In this document: positions 16,375 to 30,234 of the stretch, one piece after another | Layout of the letters: the number at the start of each line of letters is the position of its first letter | Position numbering within the stretch: the stretch's first letter is position 1 | Assembly (NCBI GenBank): GCA_964304625.1 | Contig: OZ199839.1 | Coordinates: 11,430,195 to 11,494,194 of the forward strand | Reading direction: 5' to 3' | Source: Kudoa neothunni | Taxonomy: Eukaryota; Animalia; Cnidaria | Length of the DNA: 64,000 nt | Translations under genes and position numbers: made by a program | The notes under the pieces: generated by a model | Told to the model about the DNA's origin: nothing | Database searches by the model: none | The model's input: the letters and a program-made list of their open reading frames with translations, nothing else

Positions 16375-18655
16375 CCCATATAGACTCGGTACCCTTTGTC
16401 CTTAAGTTACAGAGCTATAATTTTGTATATACTCTCAAAATACATTTGTGAATTATATATTTTAAAATAAAAAAAATATCTTTGTTTTAACATACTCTTT
16501 AACATGTTGCGTTAACGCAACATATAATCTACAGCGACCATAGGGATTAATGGATTAAATTTATTTATAATCGTATACATAACTTTGTTTTGAAAAAAAC
16601 AAGCATGAAAATAATAAAATAATTGAGTGTAAGGTACCAGTTAATGAAGTTTGTTAAAACAAGTAGGGTGACATGGCAAACAGCAACCACGACAAACAAA
16701 CACAGTATTGGACTTGCAAATTTTGCATCTTGCTCCTTTTTCATCCGTACGTCGCTCAATAGTTTTATCGCTACATAAATTGCGTGTAAATTGGAAAGAT
16801 ACTGAGGATATGCGTTTTCTTGTTGTATCGAATTTGACAGTTAAAAGTTTTGACACAAGCGTTCTTCGAAACATAAGGGAATCCCCAGTATCAGGATGGA
16901 GCAATTTAAATATTTTTTGTGAATTGGAAACTGCCATATCGATATAATTGCAAAATATATTCCAATACCACTTTTTTCCAGCTATTGAAATTCTGTAGGT
17001 GGCAATAGCTGAATCGAGGGAATCAACGCCACCCATATAACGGTTATGGCTGGCAACAACGTTTGGCATTGTATGATTCAAAAAAACCACGATTTTCTTT
17101 TTTGAAAACTGTATCGCATGTAAATGGACACTTCAGGGTCCTATTTTGTCGAACCGTTCCGGTGGCTTTTACGTTTAAAGAAGACAAATAGTTTAAAAGT
17201 CCCACTGAAGTGAAGAAATTGTCGAAATAAAACTCGTGGAGTCTAGGATATTCGACCAATTTCACAAAATTTTTTACGACACTACCACCTAACCCTAATT
17301 TCTTATCTATGTTTGTTCCTTTTCCACAATAAATGTCTGTGGAGAAGACATAGCCATCGTACGAACAAAGACACCAACATTTAAAGCCAAATTTGATTGG
17401 TTTACCTTTTATACACATTTTTGCGGAATGATGTCCAAAATAAGGTATCATTTGTTCGTCGATGGAAAGACATCTCGAAAAGTAACCGAATCGTTGAAAG
17501 TTTTTGTTCAAGATGTTCATATAATTTCTAACCTTAAAAAAGCGATCATTTTTATATGCATCATCAGAAAGTAAACTATTGTCGCATAAGTGAATATATT
17601 TTTTTATTTGTGTGAATCTTTTGTAGGACATACATTTCTTTACTGCTTCAACACCGCAATCCATACCTTCTTCCCAATACATTCGTTGTCTTGGAAGACG
17701 GTTATAACCACTCAATATCAAAATTCCAATAAAATTCATCAATTCATTTTTTTCAATGTCAAAATCAATCTCGTTATTTTGACCGGCATATGTGACACTT
17801 TCTTTAATAATCAAATTTAAGACATTGGAGTCAAAGAACAATTCAAAAATCTCGCGTTCATCCATTGCAACAATCGTGGGTTCAAATTTATCCAAGTAAA
17901 AGTCACAACCATCTAATAAAATACTTAAGATTATGTATAAAAACCCTTTCGTTTATACCTTCCAGAGAAATATCTGGATCCCTATTGGATACAGATCTGT
18001 TTGAGTAATCATTAAGCTCCCAACAGAATAATTCGTCTTCAATATCGTCAAAATCTTTATTAATTACTTCCACTTGACATGATATTTCTTTGTTGAGTTG
18101 ATTATCGCTGAAAGTATTCGTGTCTTCGTCATTTGTACTTTCGTTATCAGTTACAACATCAACCCTTTCTGAAGGAATAATAACTATATCGATCAGATTT
18201 TCATCCGCATTTTCTTCGATTTCATTTATTACGTCAAGGTATAGATTATAGCGCTTGTTCTCCATTTTATGACAAAATTGTCGCCGTAGATTATATGTTG
18301 CGTTCGCGCAACAAAAATTGATCCTTATATTAAACTTTGAAGGAAACTTTTTAGATCGCTTCTTTCATTTTAAGGACAATTATCATATCATGATCTAATT
18401 ATTTTTAAATTATTGGCATCATTGAGTCTAACGCTATGAAATAAACGGAAGAATATGAAAACACTTCAATGATGACCTTTCGCACATTTAATTATAGTCA
18501 CATTTTAAATTGCAGAAGTTATTTTTTTCTATAAAATAAAAATTTATGTATTCTTCTAAATAATTAAATCAATTTTGTGTCATCGTACCCACTAACGTAT
18601 GAGAAAAATAACAACAAAGTTTTGTTGCGTTATCGCAACATATAGTCTATACGGG
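16375..18655 (-). mobile_element. piggyBac transposon, near full length
   Basis: TTAA TSDs at 16371-16374 and 18656-18659. TIR CCC(A/G)TATAGACT. 34-bp internal inverted repeats at about 16505-16538 and 18280-18313. Confidence 0.95.
16641..18265 (-). pseudogene. piggyBac (PGBD-type) DDD transposase with one intron and an internal deletion/frameshift
   Basis: SIDEQM, FDNFFTS and MGGVD catalytic motifs, KPIKFGFK, and a C-terminal Cys-rich domain CKICK...CRGC...CHPTC. GT-AG intron at 17913-17958. The segment that normally carries the W-x-D motif is missing at about 17065-17075, with a frame change. Confidence 0.9.
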
Positions 18656-19173
18656 TTAACTTAAAAAAAAAGAATTTTCGATAAGGCCGTTTCAGAGTCA
18701 AGATAATATATAAATCTAAGAAGCATTCGATATTTAAATAACCTTGATTACCACAACTAGCGTGGCGAAAGAATAGATATTTTATTTGGGTTGCTGATCG
18801 GTTGATCCAAAAATTTTTTTAATCTTAATGGGGAAAAATTGTTTAGAAATTTACAATTTTATGCGGTGAAAAGACTTTAATTGATGATGAATAATGTTGA
18901 TGCTTCACAAATCTTGTCTCATTTTGGAATAACACAAGATGGTTCCAAAATAGAATTTTGTTACATATTATCATATTTGATATTTCTAAATCAGAATGAT
19001 GAGTTCTTAAACCACATCAAGTAATAATTAACACATTATTTGTTTAAAGGTTGTATTTTAAACTTGAATTACTCTAATTTCACATCGTGCAATAATTATT
19101 GAAAAAACTTTTAAAAAAATTAAATTTAATCTATATATCACCTTAGAATTGAATTCTTTTAATTCTTAATTAA

Positions 19174-20047
19174 CCCTTTTTAGCTAGCGAAAAATTCCAT
19201 CCTCTAGCGGGCTTAGGGTGAAAAACACCCCCAGATTTTTTCTGCTTAAATTTACTCAAAAAATAAATTTTAACTTACTCGAGGATTTGGAGTATATTTA
19301 AATCTACTACAAAACTTTATCCTTTTCGGAATGGTACGGCACAATCATCGTGGATTATTTTCAACGAATAATAAGGTCTTGCGTTGAGTAATATAAAAAA
19401 CAAATCATTGTCTAACTCACCTCTAAGAGAGTGGATTTCATCAAAAAATTTACTAAAAGCGCTCATTTTAATTCACCCACCATAATGGTCCAACTAATCC
19501 AAGCTCCCTGCTCAATTAATTCTATTTTCTATATAACCAAAATTGGCGCGTGATTAAAATAAAATCTCCGAGGAGGTATTCTTCAACAATATCATTCAAA
19601 AATAAACTTTTATTAGTTATTAAAACCTGATATATCTGAATAAATCGATGTTTCTCTGTCCATCCGATACGAGAACCTCAATATTACACCAACAGACACT
19701 TTCGAGCGATCGACGAAGAATGCCGCATTGGATTAGATGGGATACTAAATGCAGATTTTCATGGAAATTTGTCGATGGAATTTTACAGGAGTTTCTCATT
19801 TAATTATAAATATTTTTTCAAGTTAATATAAGAAATAACCTGGGGTGTTTTCGTCCCAAGCCCGTTGAGGATGGAAATTTTTTTGGGCATGACCTGAACC
19901 TATATTATAGCTAAGTTTCTGATGCGTGGTACGTTTAATAAAAAATAGGAGAATAGCATAAATTTTAATTTTCTATGAGTAAGTTGTAAAATTTTATTGC
20001 CACATTAAACGTGGTTTGGGATGTAATACCCCAAATCCGTTAGAGGG
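19174..20047. mobile_element. Internally deleted piggyBac-type element
   Basis: TTAA|CCCT...AGGG|TTAA ends. Subterminal inverted repeat AAAAATTCCATCCTC..CGGGCTT.GG..GAAAA.CACCCC at about 19190-19235 versus 19838-19885. Confidence 0.75.
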
Positions 20048-20891
20048 TTAAATGTCAATATGAAAAACTAAGATTGATAAATAAATATTAAATGTATCAA
20101 TAGTGAATCTTTTAAACTTATATTACGTATTGAAATATCAAATAGAAAATCAATCAAAGACTAAATTAATAAAATAGAAAACTTCAAATATTCTTTTTAT
20201 TATATTTTTAAGACCATTATGCGACTATTTTAAATTTAATATGCAGAAATTTATTAATTTAAGGCATCTACCTTATTTTTACCCAAAAAAATTAATACAT
20301 ATTATTTATATCATACGTTATTTATTTATATTAAATTTAAATATATTTATTTAAATGAGTTATATTTCTCGTGATATATTCAATCTAATTTTATTAAATA
20401 AACCCATTTTTCTTAATTAATTCAATTATAGTATTACGAATAAGTAACCTGATATATCGTGCGCCAGAATAATTAAGAGATCCATTCGCTGCCATTGTAA
20501 AATTACTCTTATGTTGACGTGAATATATATTAAGAATAGAGGAAAACACATGAATATAATAAACTTTAAATTATTTGCGCAATATTTTTTATTTTTAAGG
20601 GATATAATAATATGGGGAAAATTCTGTAATTCATTTTCAAATTAGCATAATACTCCAATTGAGAATTATCCAATAAATTGTCTTCTTTATTGATAGAACT
20701 AATTATCGAAACATATTATAGATGTAAAAAATACCAAGGTTTCTCCATTTATTTAGTAATGAATAAAACATAAAAAATGACATAAATTAAAACACGAGAT
20801 TTCTCGTTTTAGACCATAAAAGAGATTTCTGAAATAGAATATTAATTGTTGATTTATGTTTCAAAAATTTTGCATGCAAACATCCTTTAAT

Positions 20892-22236
20892 TTAGGGACC
20901 CGAGGATTTCAGAATTAATACGGAATTTTGATCATCAACAGCAAACATGAATTCGTCTTCATGTAGAGAAGCAAAGTCCCAGATCTGGAAAAAGTAATCA
21001 GTAAAGATGGAACAACCTATGAACCTGATTGGAGTGATCAAGAAATATTTCAGAGCATCCAGATAATACGTCCCAAATCCTCATGGTACGATCGAGTGAA
21101 CTAAATCCAATTGATTCCACAACTATGCCATCTAAAAACTTAAATAATACCAGGAGAAAAATGATTGAGTGTCAGAGTTTGAAACAAACTTCAAACCTAC
21201 TACAGCAGCTTGATGGCCAAGAAAATGTAGCATACGGTCGTCATAAATATCATAAAATCTAATCGCTCCCGAAGTATCACCAATAACTAGGTTTTTGGAA
21301 TCAGAATCGAAAGCAATTGATTTCACAGTGTGGCATCCGCCTCGAAAAAAGATATATTAAAGTTGACTTATCATGTAATTTACTAATAACAAATTTAACG
21401 ACAGAGGGATCGCTCAATGTGTATATTTCCACATGTCCATCGACGTAACCAACAGCGATAAGATTGTTGTCTGGACTCTACGAAACAAACAAAAAAATTT
21501 AATGTCTCAAGTCCATCCACAATCTCCATACCACACAAAAGTAGGAACTAATTTTAGTTAATTTTATCCTATTGACAACCTCGGAGAGATTCTCCAACGA
21601 GAAAAATTCTAATTGATTTTCCGAATCATTTGAAACAATAACATTATTATTCTGACTGAATTGCGATGGGGTGTGCGTCGCTAGGTGAATATACAATAAT
21701 CTCTCTTATTATACAACTTAAACACTATTACAAATTTGAGACTCAAATTTATGAATTTGGGTGTTGGTTGAGAGATCCCAAAGAATTGTCCATCCATCCA
21801 TAGAAGAAGACAATAAATCTTTAAAAATGTTCTATCAATCAAAGATAGAGGTGATGGTAAATACGAGTTGAATCTTTGTTCAAACGAACATGACACACTC
21901 CTAAAACATGGCCCTCCAGTGTGACGTGTAGATGAAATGATAGTGGCGCTGCTTTGGACCTATAAGAAAGTTGTTTGTTCCATCGAGAATTCTGAGTAAA
22001 CTGTGGTACCATTTGTAAATTAGTATTTTAGGATTTCCTCCGGCCACAGCAACTAAAGCTTCCCCAATATCGTCTATTTCACCACAATCTATACTCCATA
22101 ACTCGCTTAGATTGTTTCCTTCTAAAATTTGTTAATATTATAATAAAAAAATTTTCTTACCTTCTCTAATACGGGATACTATATGATACTAAAATTTATG
22201 ATAAAGAAAATGAAATTATAAATCTGTGGGTACCAT
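20892..22236 (-). CDS. WDR61: WD40-repeat protein WDR61/Ski8, multi-exon
   Basis: Spliced translation M|YHIVSRIRE..LWSIDC..LIYKW..TLEGHVLGVCHV..SSSMDGWTILWDL..SPDNNLIAVGYVDG..VKSIAFDSDSKNLV..LGHQAAV..FAVDDQNSVLI is collinear with WDR61 (SLEGHQLGVVSV, SSSLDAHIRLWDL, SVGDDQEIHI). Confidence 0.8.
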
Positions 22237-25200
22237 TTTGGTCGATCACGTGACCATATTACATACATTCATTATTAAGCTATTCCTTTTTCAATAACTA
22301 CTGCGAGGTTAACTATAAGAAACAATGCAAAAATCCAATATAATAATTTTTTATATTATATTATTGAAAAAATATTATTTTATTGAAAAGTTTTTAAGAT
22401 ATTTAATTAGAATAACCTATTTGAATTTTTAATCACGGAAAATTCAATATATTTAAATTTTGCTAATATTTACTGTTTTGATCTAGATCGAGCGTTCAAT
22501 ATTAATAATTTCTTGAAATGGAATAATAATAATAATAATACGATATTAATGTTTGTTGAGGGATAAATACATTATTAAAATACTTTAAAATTTAACGGGA
22601 ATAAAAGTTTTTATCATACATATCATTTACAAATCATTAAAATCAAAATATTGACTGTCACATTATAAAAATGATAAGTTCATTTTAAGTAAAAAACTTT
22701 TGTTATTAAAATTTTTAATATTGAGGTTAATGATATTGTCAACAACCGTGAATGTATTTTTAATTTTATTAATAAAACATATTTGACTTAATTCGTGCTT
22801 AAAATATAGAAAATATTATATTTTACAATTCGATCATTTAATACAAGGGAGAAACATCTCATAAGATTAATTGCGCGAAGGTAATGTTACAATAAACAAA
22901 AATTAATAAATCCAAGAAAAATTTTAAATTCAAAATTACTGTAATACTCTCAAAAGTAATAACACTAACGAAGCATGTATCAAGGTAATATATAAGTATA
23001 CTAGAAATAAAATATTTTTTAATTATTAGACTCCAATCATCTCTTGTGCATAAATTGCTTGGCATATGGATAAAAAAAACTATTTTAGAGATGTTTAACG
23101 ATTATATCAAAAATATTTAAATTAATTTTATATTTTGATTTAATATTGTTACAAAGTTACATAGATGAAAATGAATACCAAGCAATGTTAAATGGGTCGA
23201 AGATAATAAAAAACTGTAATGGGCTAATCAGTGAATAAAGAAACAAAAATTTTTCACTGATGAAATACAGCTGTAGCATTATTTAGATAAATTATATATT
23301 TATTCGACGTTAATTTTTATGTTGAATAATTAGGCAAAAAAATATAGTTGTCGTTTCTGAATTAAAAACCAAAATATTGTCTTATCATAAGATTTTCACA
23401 TCCATTTAATTAAGTTTATTTACCGATTTTAAGGAATGCTCTAAGGGCCACTGAATAAATGTGAAAAATTGGTAACTTCTAATTTTAAGAATTTATTAGC
23501 GCTTGCGTATAATAATATACCTAACTGTTATGAATGATTGAAATTCATTACTTTGTACAAAAAATAATTATTTATAAATAGAATAACTGGTTATTATAAC
23601 CTGAAAAAAATTTGTTGAAATATTTTTATCTCGAACATGATTGATCGGTCTATTTCTGTCAAAATTATATAATTTTTTATTCCAATTATTAAACTAACAA
23701 GTTTTAAAAAGTAAATTATTTTTTTATGTATTTTTATTATTTAATTTCAATTTTAAGGATACCATTAGGGTTGCGTAACTAGGTTATGTTATAATATTTC
23801 AGAGAAACAAATTAGGCATTTCTTTTTTAGTATGGTGTAATATTTTATTATATTATACTTTTATTAAATTTTTTTCTTTTTGCAATTAATTTATTAAGTA
23901 TTAAACGTAATTAATCTGTTTTTATCAAAAATGTAACGGGAAAGATGCGTAAATGGTTAATCACGTGACCAACATTATGGAAATATTAATATCTTAGTGT
24001 ATTATTTATTTTTAAATTAGTCAATAAATACAGTGAATAAATATAATACGTTGTATCATTTAAATTTTGTTATTTTTTAAAAAGTTTGTAAAATCAGACG
24101 TTTGTGTAGCGAGTAATTAGCCTTTTTTGTGCGCTTAAAAAACCAACGGTTCAAATTTTTATCGGCTTCAATTGATAAATACCGATTGTAAAAGATGTAA
24201 ATAATATTGTTTACTGGTAAATATTTATTTACTCGTGACTTGAGTCACCACAGTTTGTGAAATGGATCAACCGACTGTTATCATCCATATCAGTATACTT
24301 GCACCTAAGACACGCATGTGGGATATAATATACACTTAATAAAAATATTTTTATTAAACATTTAAGAATCAGGTGTGTCTACAAAAAAAGTATTTGTTAT
24401 TTAGCACCATAAGTCATGAAATACTTTAAAACAGGAATTTTATAGATTTTAAATAGGTAAAGTTTATTCCGCCACTTTAATATTAAAATTAACATTCGTT
24501 TATATTAAAGTGATTTTCGATTCGCATTAACACCTCCAAATTTATCTAAATCTTCTTTTAATATAACTATATCACAGCTTACATATGGTAAAAATCTGTT
24601 TGTGCAACTTGTTGTTTTAATGATCGTACTAATTGTTATTTCAGTTCAAGTGAGATTAATCCAAATGATAATTATTAAATATCGTAACTTTCCTCCAGGT
24701 TATATAGGTTTTTCAACTTTTTACGATTTCTGTGTAACTATTAAATTAAGTTAAAGCATTCTTATTAAAGACAAACTTAAATAAATTTTGATTAAAGTTT
24801 TTCCATGGACAAAAACATGTTTTCTGAAATTTTTTAATACAGTATGTGCCAGATTTCGGCTGAAGTACAGAAACCCACACCAATACCTATGTTTTTAAAA
24901 ATAAAATACTCGGGATTATTTTTATGATTTAAAGATGTCAAGGGTATAGACGAGAGATCGTTTAAAGATTGATTTCCGACTATGGGAATATTTGTATATT
25001 GTCCGTTTATATTTTAACTTTATTATTGTATACAAATGATTACATATGTGAGAATATTTCTTGTGATAATATTGTATGCCATTTAAACGTTTTCTAAATA
25101 AATTTAAATCTCAAACAACAAATCAATCGGTTATAAATTTTTCTCCATTATTTTATATATAAATGTAGATAACAGATTTATGAAATTTAAAAACTTTGGA

Positions 25201-25597
25201 ATAGAATTAAAATAAAAAAACCACCATAATTATTCGTAATTTCTTTTACCACATCAATAAACAAAAATCCCTTAACTAATCGAATTTGACCCAGGTTTCT
25301 ATTTGGTTCTATTAATTTAAAAGATAATGCTGTTCAGATCCGTTATTTTCAAATTTGGAATCATTGACTTAAAGAAATGCTTTAATTTATTTAAAATGAT
25401 AAATTAATTACAATTTAATATTTTGTACAATTTAAAATAATTTATGCTTAAAATAATCTTTATTAGCGTTAATAAAACGAAAAACACTTAACTTTTGTAT
25501 AGACAATATTTTTTAAACTATATTAAAATTCCCATAGGATTTATTTAAATCCGAAAAACCATAGTAATTAAAAAGTGTTTATTTAATATATTTATTA

Positions 25598-26643
25598 CTA
25601 GCACGAACTGTCCAGCGTTGCTTGGGGAAGATTTCGCCTAGAGATGTTTTATAATAGCATTCAAAAAATATATTGAAATTCCTAATTAACCCATACAAAT
25701 AAAATAATTAAAAAGTTTTAAACATCATTCATTAACTATCTGAATTGACGAAATTTAAATTATAATAATGTCTGTGAAGGAACGTACCAATCCCTAATTA
25801 TTTAAATTACCTTATACTGTTGTCTAAAATGTTATTTTCTGGCCCGGCTCGGGAACTGTGTGAAGCACTACCTTCTTAAGAGATAAAAAAATAGAAAAAG
25901 TAATAGATAAAAGAGAGCGTATGAAAATTAACACTGCTAAAATTGGCATCACTTGGCCCGGCATAAAGATTAGTGCATTTCTCTCAGATAAAAAGCAGAA
26001 AATTGCTTCAATATCAACATAAATAATTTATATAATAAGAGGGAGTAAGATTATAACCGTCAGCATTGAATTTAATCACTGCAAGTTGAACTTAGGGGAT
26101 GATTTTAATGAAAACTACGGACATCGTGCTTGTATTGTAATTTATAAAGCTTAAATCTATCTGATTATAGAATTCCTTACAAATCTGTTATTCATTAAAC
26201 ATATATAGATTTTTTACCATATCTAAAACCATGAATGGATCCTTCAAAATGTGTTTATCAAGTCAAATACGTTAAAACTCCACAAATAAGGAATTTATTC
26301 GCACAAATACCAAAACAGAAACGCCGACCTTATACATAAAGAAAGATGCTATCGCATAATTGACATTTGATAGAGCATATAAAGCGGAAAATTAACTTCA
26401 ACCGACCATCAGCAGGTCATAAGTAGGTGTTAATCCGATTAAAAAACTTTGAATCGACAAAATCACCATTTCCTGAACACTTTAAGATCATTTGGTAGTT
26501 CGACAACGATTCGAAGATTTTTTGAAACATTCTGATTTTTAAAAAATTTCCATAAATGTCTCTCTATAAGGTAAAAATTCGGACGCACATGCGAACTTGC
26601 TGACACACAAACACGGACACCTCAGCTTTTTATATATAGTAGA
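25598..26643 (-). mobile_element. Non-autonomous Helitron (complete ends)
   Basis: The minus strand reads A|TCTACTATATATAAAAAAGC...CCCCAAGCAACGCTGGACAGTTCGTGCTAG|T. This gives a 5'-TC end, a 3'-CTAG end, a subterminal GCAACG hairpin and an A^T insertion site. Confidence 0.8.
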
Positions 26644-27342
26644 TAAATAGGAGGTGATGACTGATTAACCAACTAAAAAATGAATAAACTCCAATATATT
26701 TCATAAAAGCAATCACGAATCATCTGTGTAATTCTGTATACAATAGTAAATAACTAATTAAGGAAATATTAAGAGTTTTTAACACAAACCCGGCATAAAA
26801 ATCATAATCATTTTGAAACTTTTCAACGAATAAAAAGTAAAAAAAACTATATAATTTTACATATCATTTAATGACACCTATAGATAATTTTGTATGGTAA
26901 TTTATGCATTTAATTGTGATTTAAATATTCCTTTAAACTCCATTAACAACAAAGAATTCACTAAAAAATCTTTCAATCGCTGCTTTTATTTATTCGAAAA
27001 ATGATATCTTTATATATTGGTTGGCATATTAGCCGTAATACTAATTTTAGAGATGAATAATATTATTAAGTAATTAAATAAATAATAAAGCAATAAAAAA
27101 AATAAATTCAATATTCATTTTAAAAAGAATATCATGAATAATGATATGGCTCTTGCGTTAATTTGATGATATTTATAATGTGCATTTTTAAGACGAATTT
27201 AATTATTGATAATACAAGTTAGAAAAAAAAAGGAAAGATTAATTGAATCATGAAATCGAAATCGAAAACGAATAAAGACTAATTGTAAATAAGGCGAACG
27301 GACGATGATTCAATTGAAGGAGTTTCTTAAATGAATGGATTC

Positions 27343-29287
27343 TTAATTTGAATCTGAAATAATTAAATCAGACTCAGATTTTCCACTAACAAATCGTAAT
27401 CTTTCATTTCCCAATGCGATATCTTTTTTCCTTCCTAGCCAGAGAAACATAAAAAATGTTAATACGGCTAAAATAAAAAGCGTAATGCCAACTATTGTAA
27501 TCATGAATGGATTCAAAGTCGAACCCTTTCCATTATCATTATGTCGTGTAATACTCTCATTGAGGCTATCATTTTCACTTATATTTGTCATATCTTCGAA
27601 TGAATCCGAACTAACTGAGGAAGTGTTTGCTTCAGATGTATCAGATTCGATCTCAGATATGGAAACATTGATCGGAAAACGAGTATTATTCAATGCATAC
27701 CCGTACAACCAACGATCATTCGCAGCCTATGGATTGTTAAGCGAAAAATAGTCTCAACACGTAATGTAACGTATACTTTAATAATAAAGTTTGTTTGATA
27801 GTTTTCCTCGACATACTTCAGATATAACAAATAATAATTTGATATAATGCATTCTGATGAGTATTTTTTTGCGTCTGAATCCTAAGAAAATTAATAGGAA
27901 AATAAAACAAAACAAGATACATTATCGATAAGTATTTTTCGGAATTTAAAACAACTTCTATCTACTTCCTTCTGAAAGTCTTTGACTGACAATGGGAACT
28001 TCATATCTTCTATGTGAACTATTGGGAAATAAGCCTAGTAAACATAATTTACAAAATATTACCAATAACTATAAGGTTACGATGAATTTATTTGCTGGAG
28101 CAACCACCTTCCAAGATATCGACTGAGCAATATTACGGAGATCATTGACTAGGGTGTCATTGCTATTGATAGCACGAGCGATGCCTTGCTTGCAAACTTT
28201 GTCGTCAAAAATATCAACAACCAATGTTGGGTATAGTTTTATATCATCCGCCGAGAAATAAATGCAACCTTTACCATTGAATGATCTCCATATATCTATT
28301 ACGATCCCTGGATTTGAACTGCGGCATTGTTTTAAGTCGCTTAGTTCTTTATATGAAATCACATTCTAAGCGATAGTAGTTATTGCGAGAATTTGCATTA
28401 TCATAAGGTATTACAGATGGATGGTATATCGCTATAGTTGGATTTAATGAAATTGGTGGTCCTGTTTCGACTAGATACAACTTTTCTCTGTTATTCCATG
28501 ATATCATCATTCGATGAGCACCAGTGGGAATATCTATATTATTTGTATCGATGTGACCAACATATATCCCTTGTTCTTCAAACGAAATAAAGCCATCATA
28601 CTTATTTTCCAATATCTAAATGATTTAATGACCAAGTTTATAAAATATTGAAATGAGGAATTACAGGATGTGATCGAAAGTAAAGAAGTCTACATGCGAT
28701 TTTATCTTTTCTATCTAAGAGATTAAAGAAGCCTCGGTTTTCGATTATGGAATATTCGCCAAAATTATCATTTAAATTTTTCACGGTGTCCGTATAATTC
28801 AGTGGAAATATTTCTCTATGGGGAAAATAAATATAGAGATGTCATATTCGAATGTGCCACTTGAACTTTTCCCATGCAGTTTCGCCGATAAATTCAATAT
28901 GGATTTCAAGAAGGCCTTGATTTTCGAATAACTTTTTCATATTTGAAATGCATGAGGATAGACTCAAATGGCTAACTTTCCAATTTTCTTGGTCGAGCAA
29001 ATCTACGCAAGATAATAAACAGTTTATAACGTTACACTTTTTACTTTTATTCCAGCAAAGTTCGTGATGAAGCATTCGTAATCTGGGAAACTCACTAGTA
29101 GCGTTTATTTCGTAGATGTAGACCTTCATACCTTCCTCAGTTTCGTGTATCAAAGCTCCATACTATTGTTAATAAATTCAGTTTAGCTTGTAGTAATATG
29201 TCATACCTTAGGAGATGTAATTTTTATTGCGTTCCCAACAAAATAAGTCAATAGAAATGAAAAAAGCAGATTCATAATGGGATACAT
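27343..29287 (-). CDS. Catalytically degenerate CD39/GDA1 NTPDase-like type I membrane protein, paralogue A (8 exons)
   Basis: Signal peptide MYPIMNLLFSFLLTYFVGNA. Segments collinear with CD39: YGALIHETEEGMKVYIYE, EFIGETAWEKF, YDGFISFEEQGIYV, KKYSSECIISNYYLLYL, NFIIK, DRWLYGYALN. Then an S/T/acidic stalk, a TM helix (FMITIVGITLFILAVLTFFMFLWL) and a short tail. All introns are GT-AG and the frame is intact. Confidence 0.75.
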
Positions 29288-30234
29288 AAAATTGGGCGGT
29301 CTTATCTATAAACCGATTTTGTGTGTTGTCGGAATTTTATTTTAATAACATAATTTACTTACTGGCATAGTAGAGAGGGAATCAGAAGAATGTGGCGTGA
29401 CCCACCTCATCTATCTTACAAAAAGAATAGTTTCTGTGGGTTTATATTACTCCTAAAATAAATAAATATTCCATATAATTATACAAAATTTTTAAATGTT
29501 ACAAAACTTCCGTATAATTTTGCCTTAACCGGTAATTTTTTAATCTGTATATATTTAAATCAAAATAATTTTCTCATAAATTCAATCGATTTTTTAAAAA
29601 CTACAACAATTTTGGAATTGTTTTGAAGCTATTCCACAATTTTGTCGAGACTTTTGACAAATGTCTTAAAAATAATAGCCGTTTTATTACATATTATCAT
29701 AGACATATTTAATCATTTTTATATTAAATTATTTTACGTTTAAATTACTTTTCACAAAATAATTAAAGCTCGTTGTGAAGAATAGCCGAAAATTTATGTA
29801 AATATTAATTCGCTTATAATTTTTTTATTTTTTACTTAATTCGTAAAATGAAACCTAAAATTATTTATCGTTCTTTTCCTACAATGACAAAAAATCTTTA
29901 TATAATAAATATTTATTTTTAATAATTAAGATGTACGTAAATAGACAAAGCAACTGAGGACAATATTTGATCACCTATGTGGCTTAATAATTGGCGGTTT
30001 AAACCTATATATAATGACTTTAGATATTTAAACAGGCGCAATTTCTAACGTTAGAAAACTTGATGAAACTTCAATCTAATATTCGTAATAGATATGGGTT
30101 ACAAGGAAAAAAATCAAACAGGCTGATCATCTTATTTTTATTTATTTATTAGTTTTGATGTATAGTTATTTTTAATTTAATTTATATATTGTTATAGATT
30201 TCTAATATAGCAATATTTTATATCTTGTTCATTC

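Noticed and set aside
16641-18265. Intact, active or domesticated piggyBac transposase
   Set aside because: The second ORF break (about 17065-17075) has no usable intron and lacks a conserved block including the W-x-D motif. This copy is defective.
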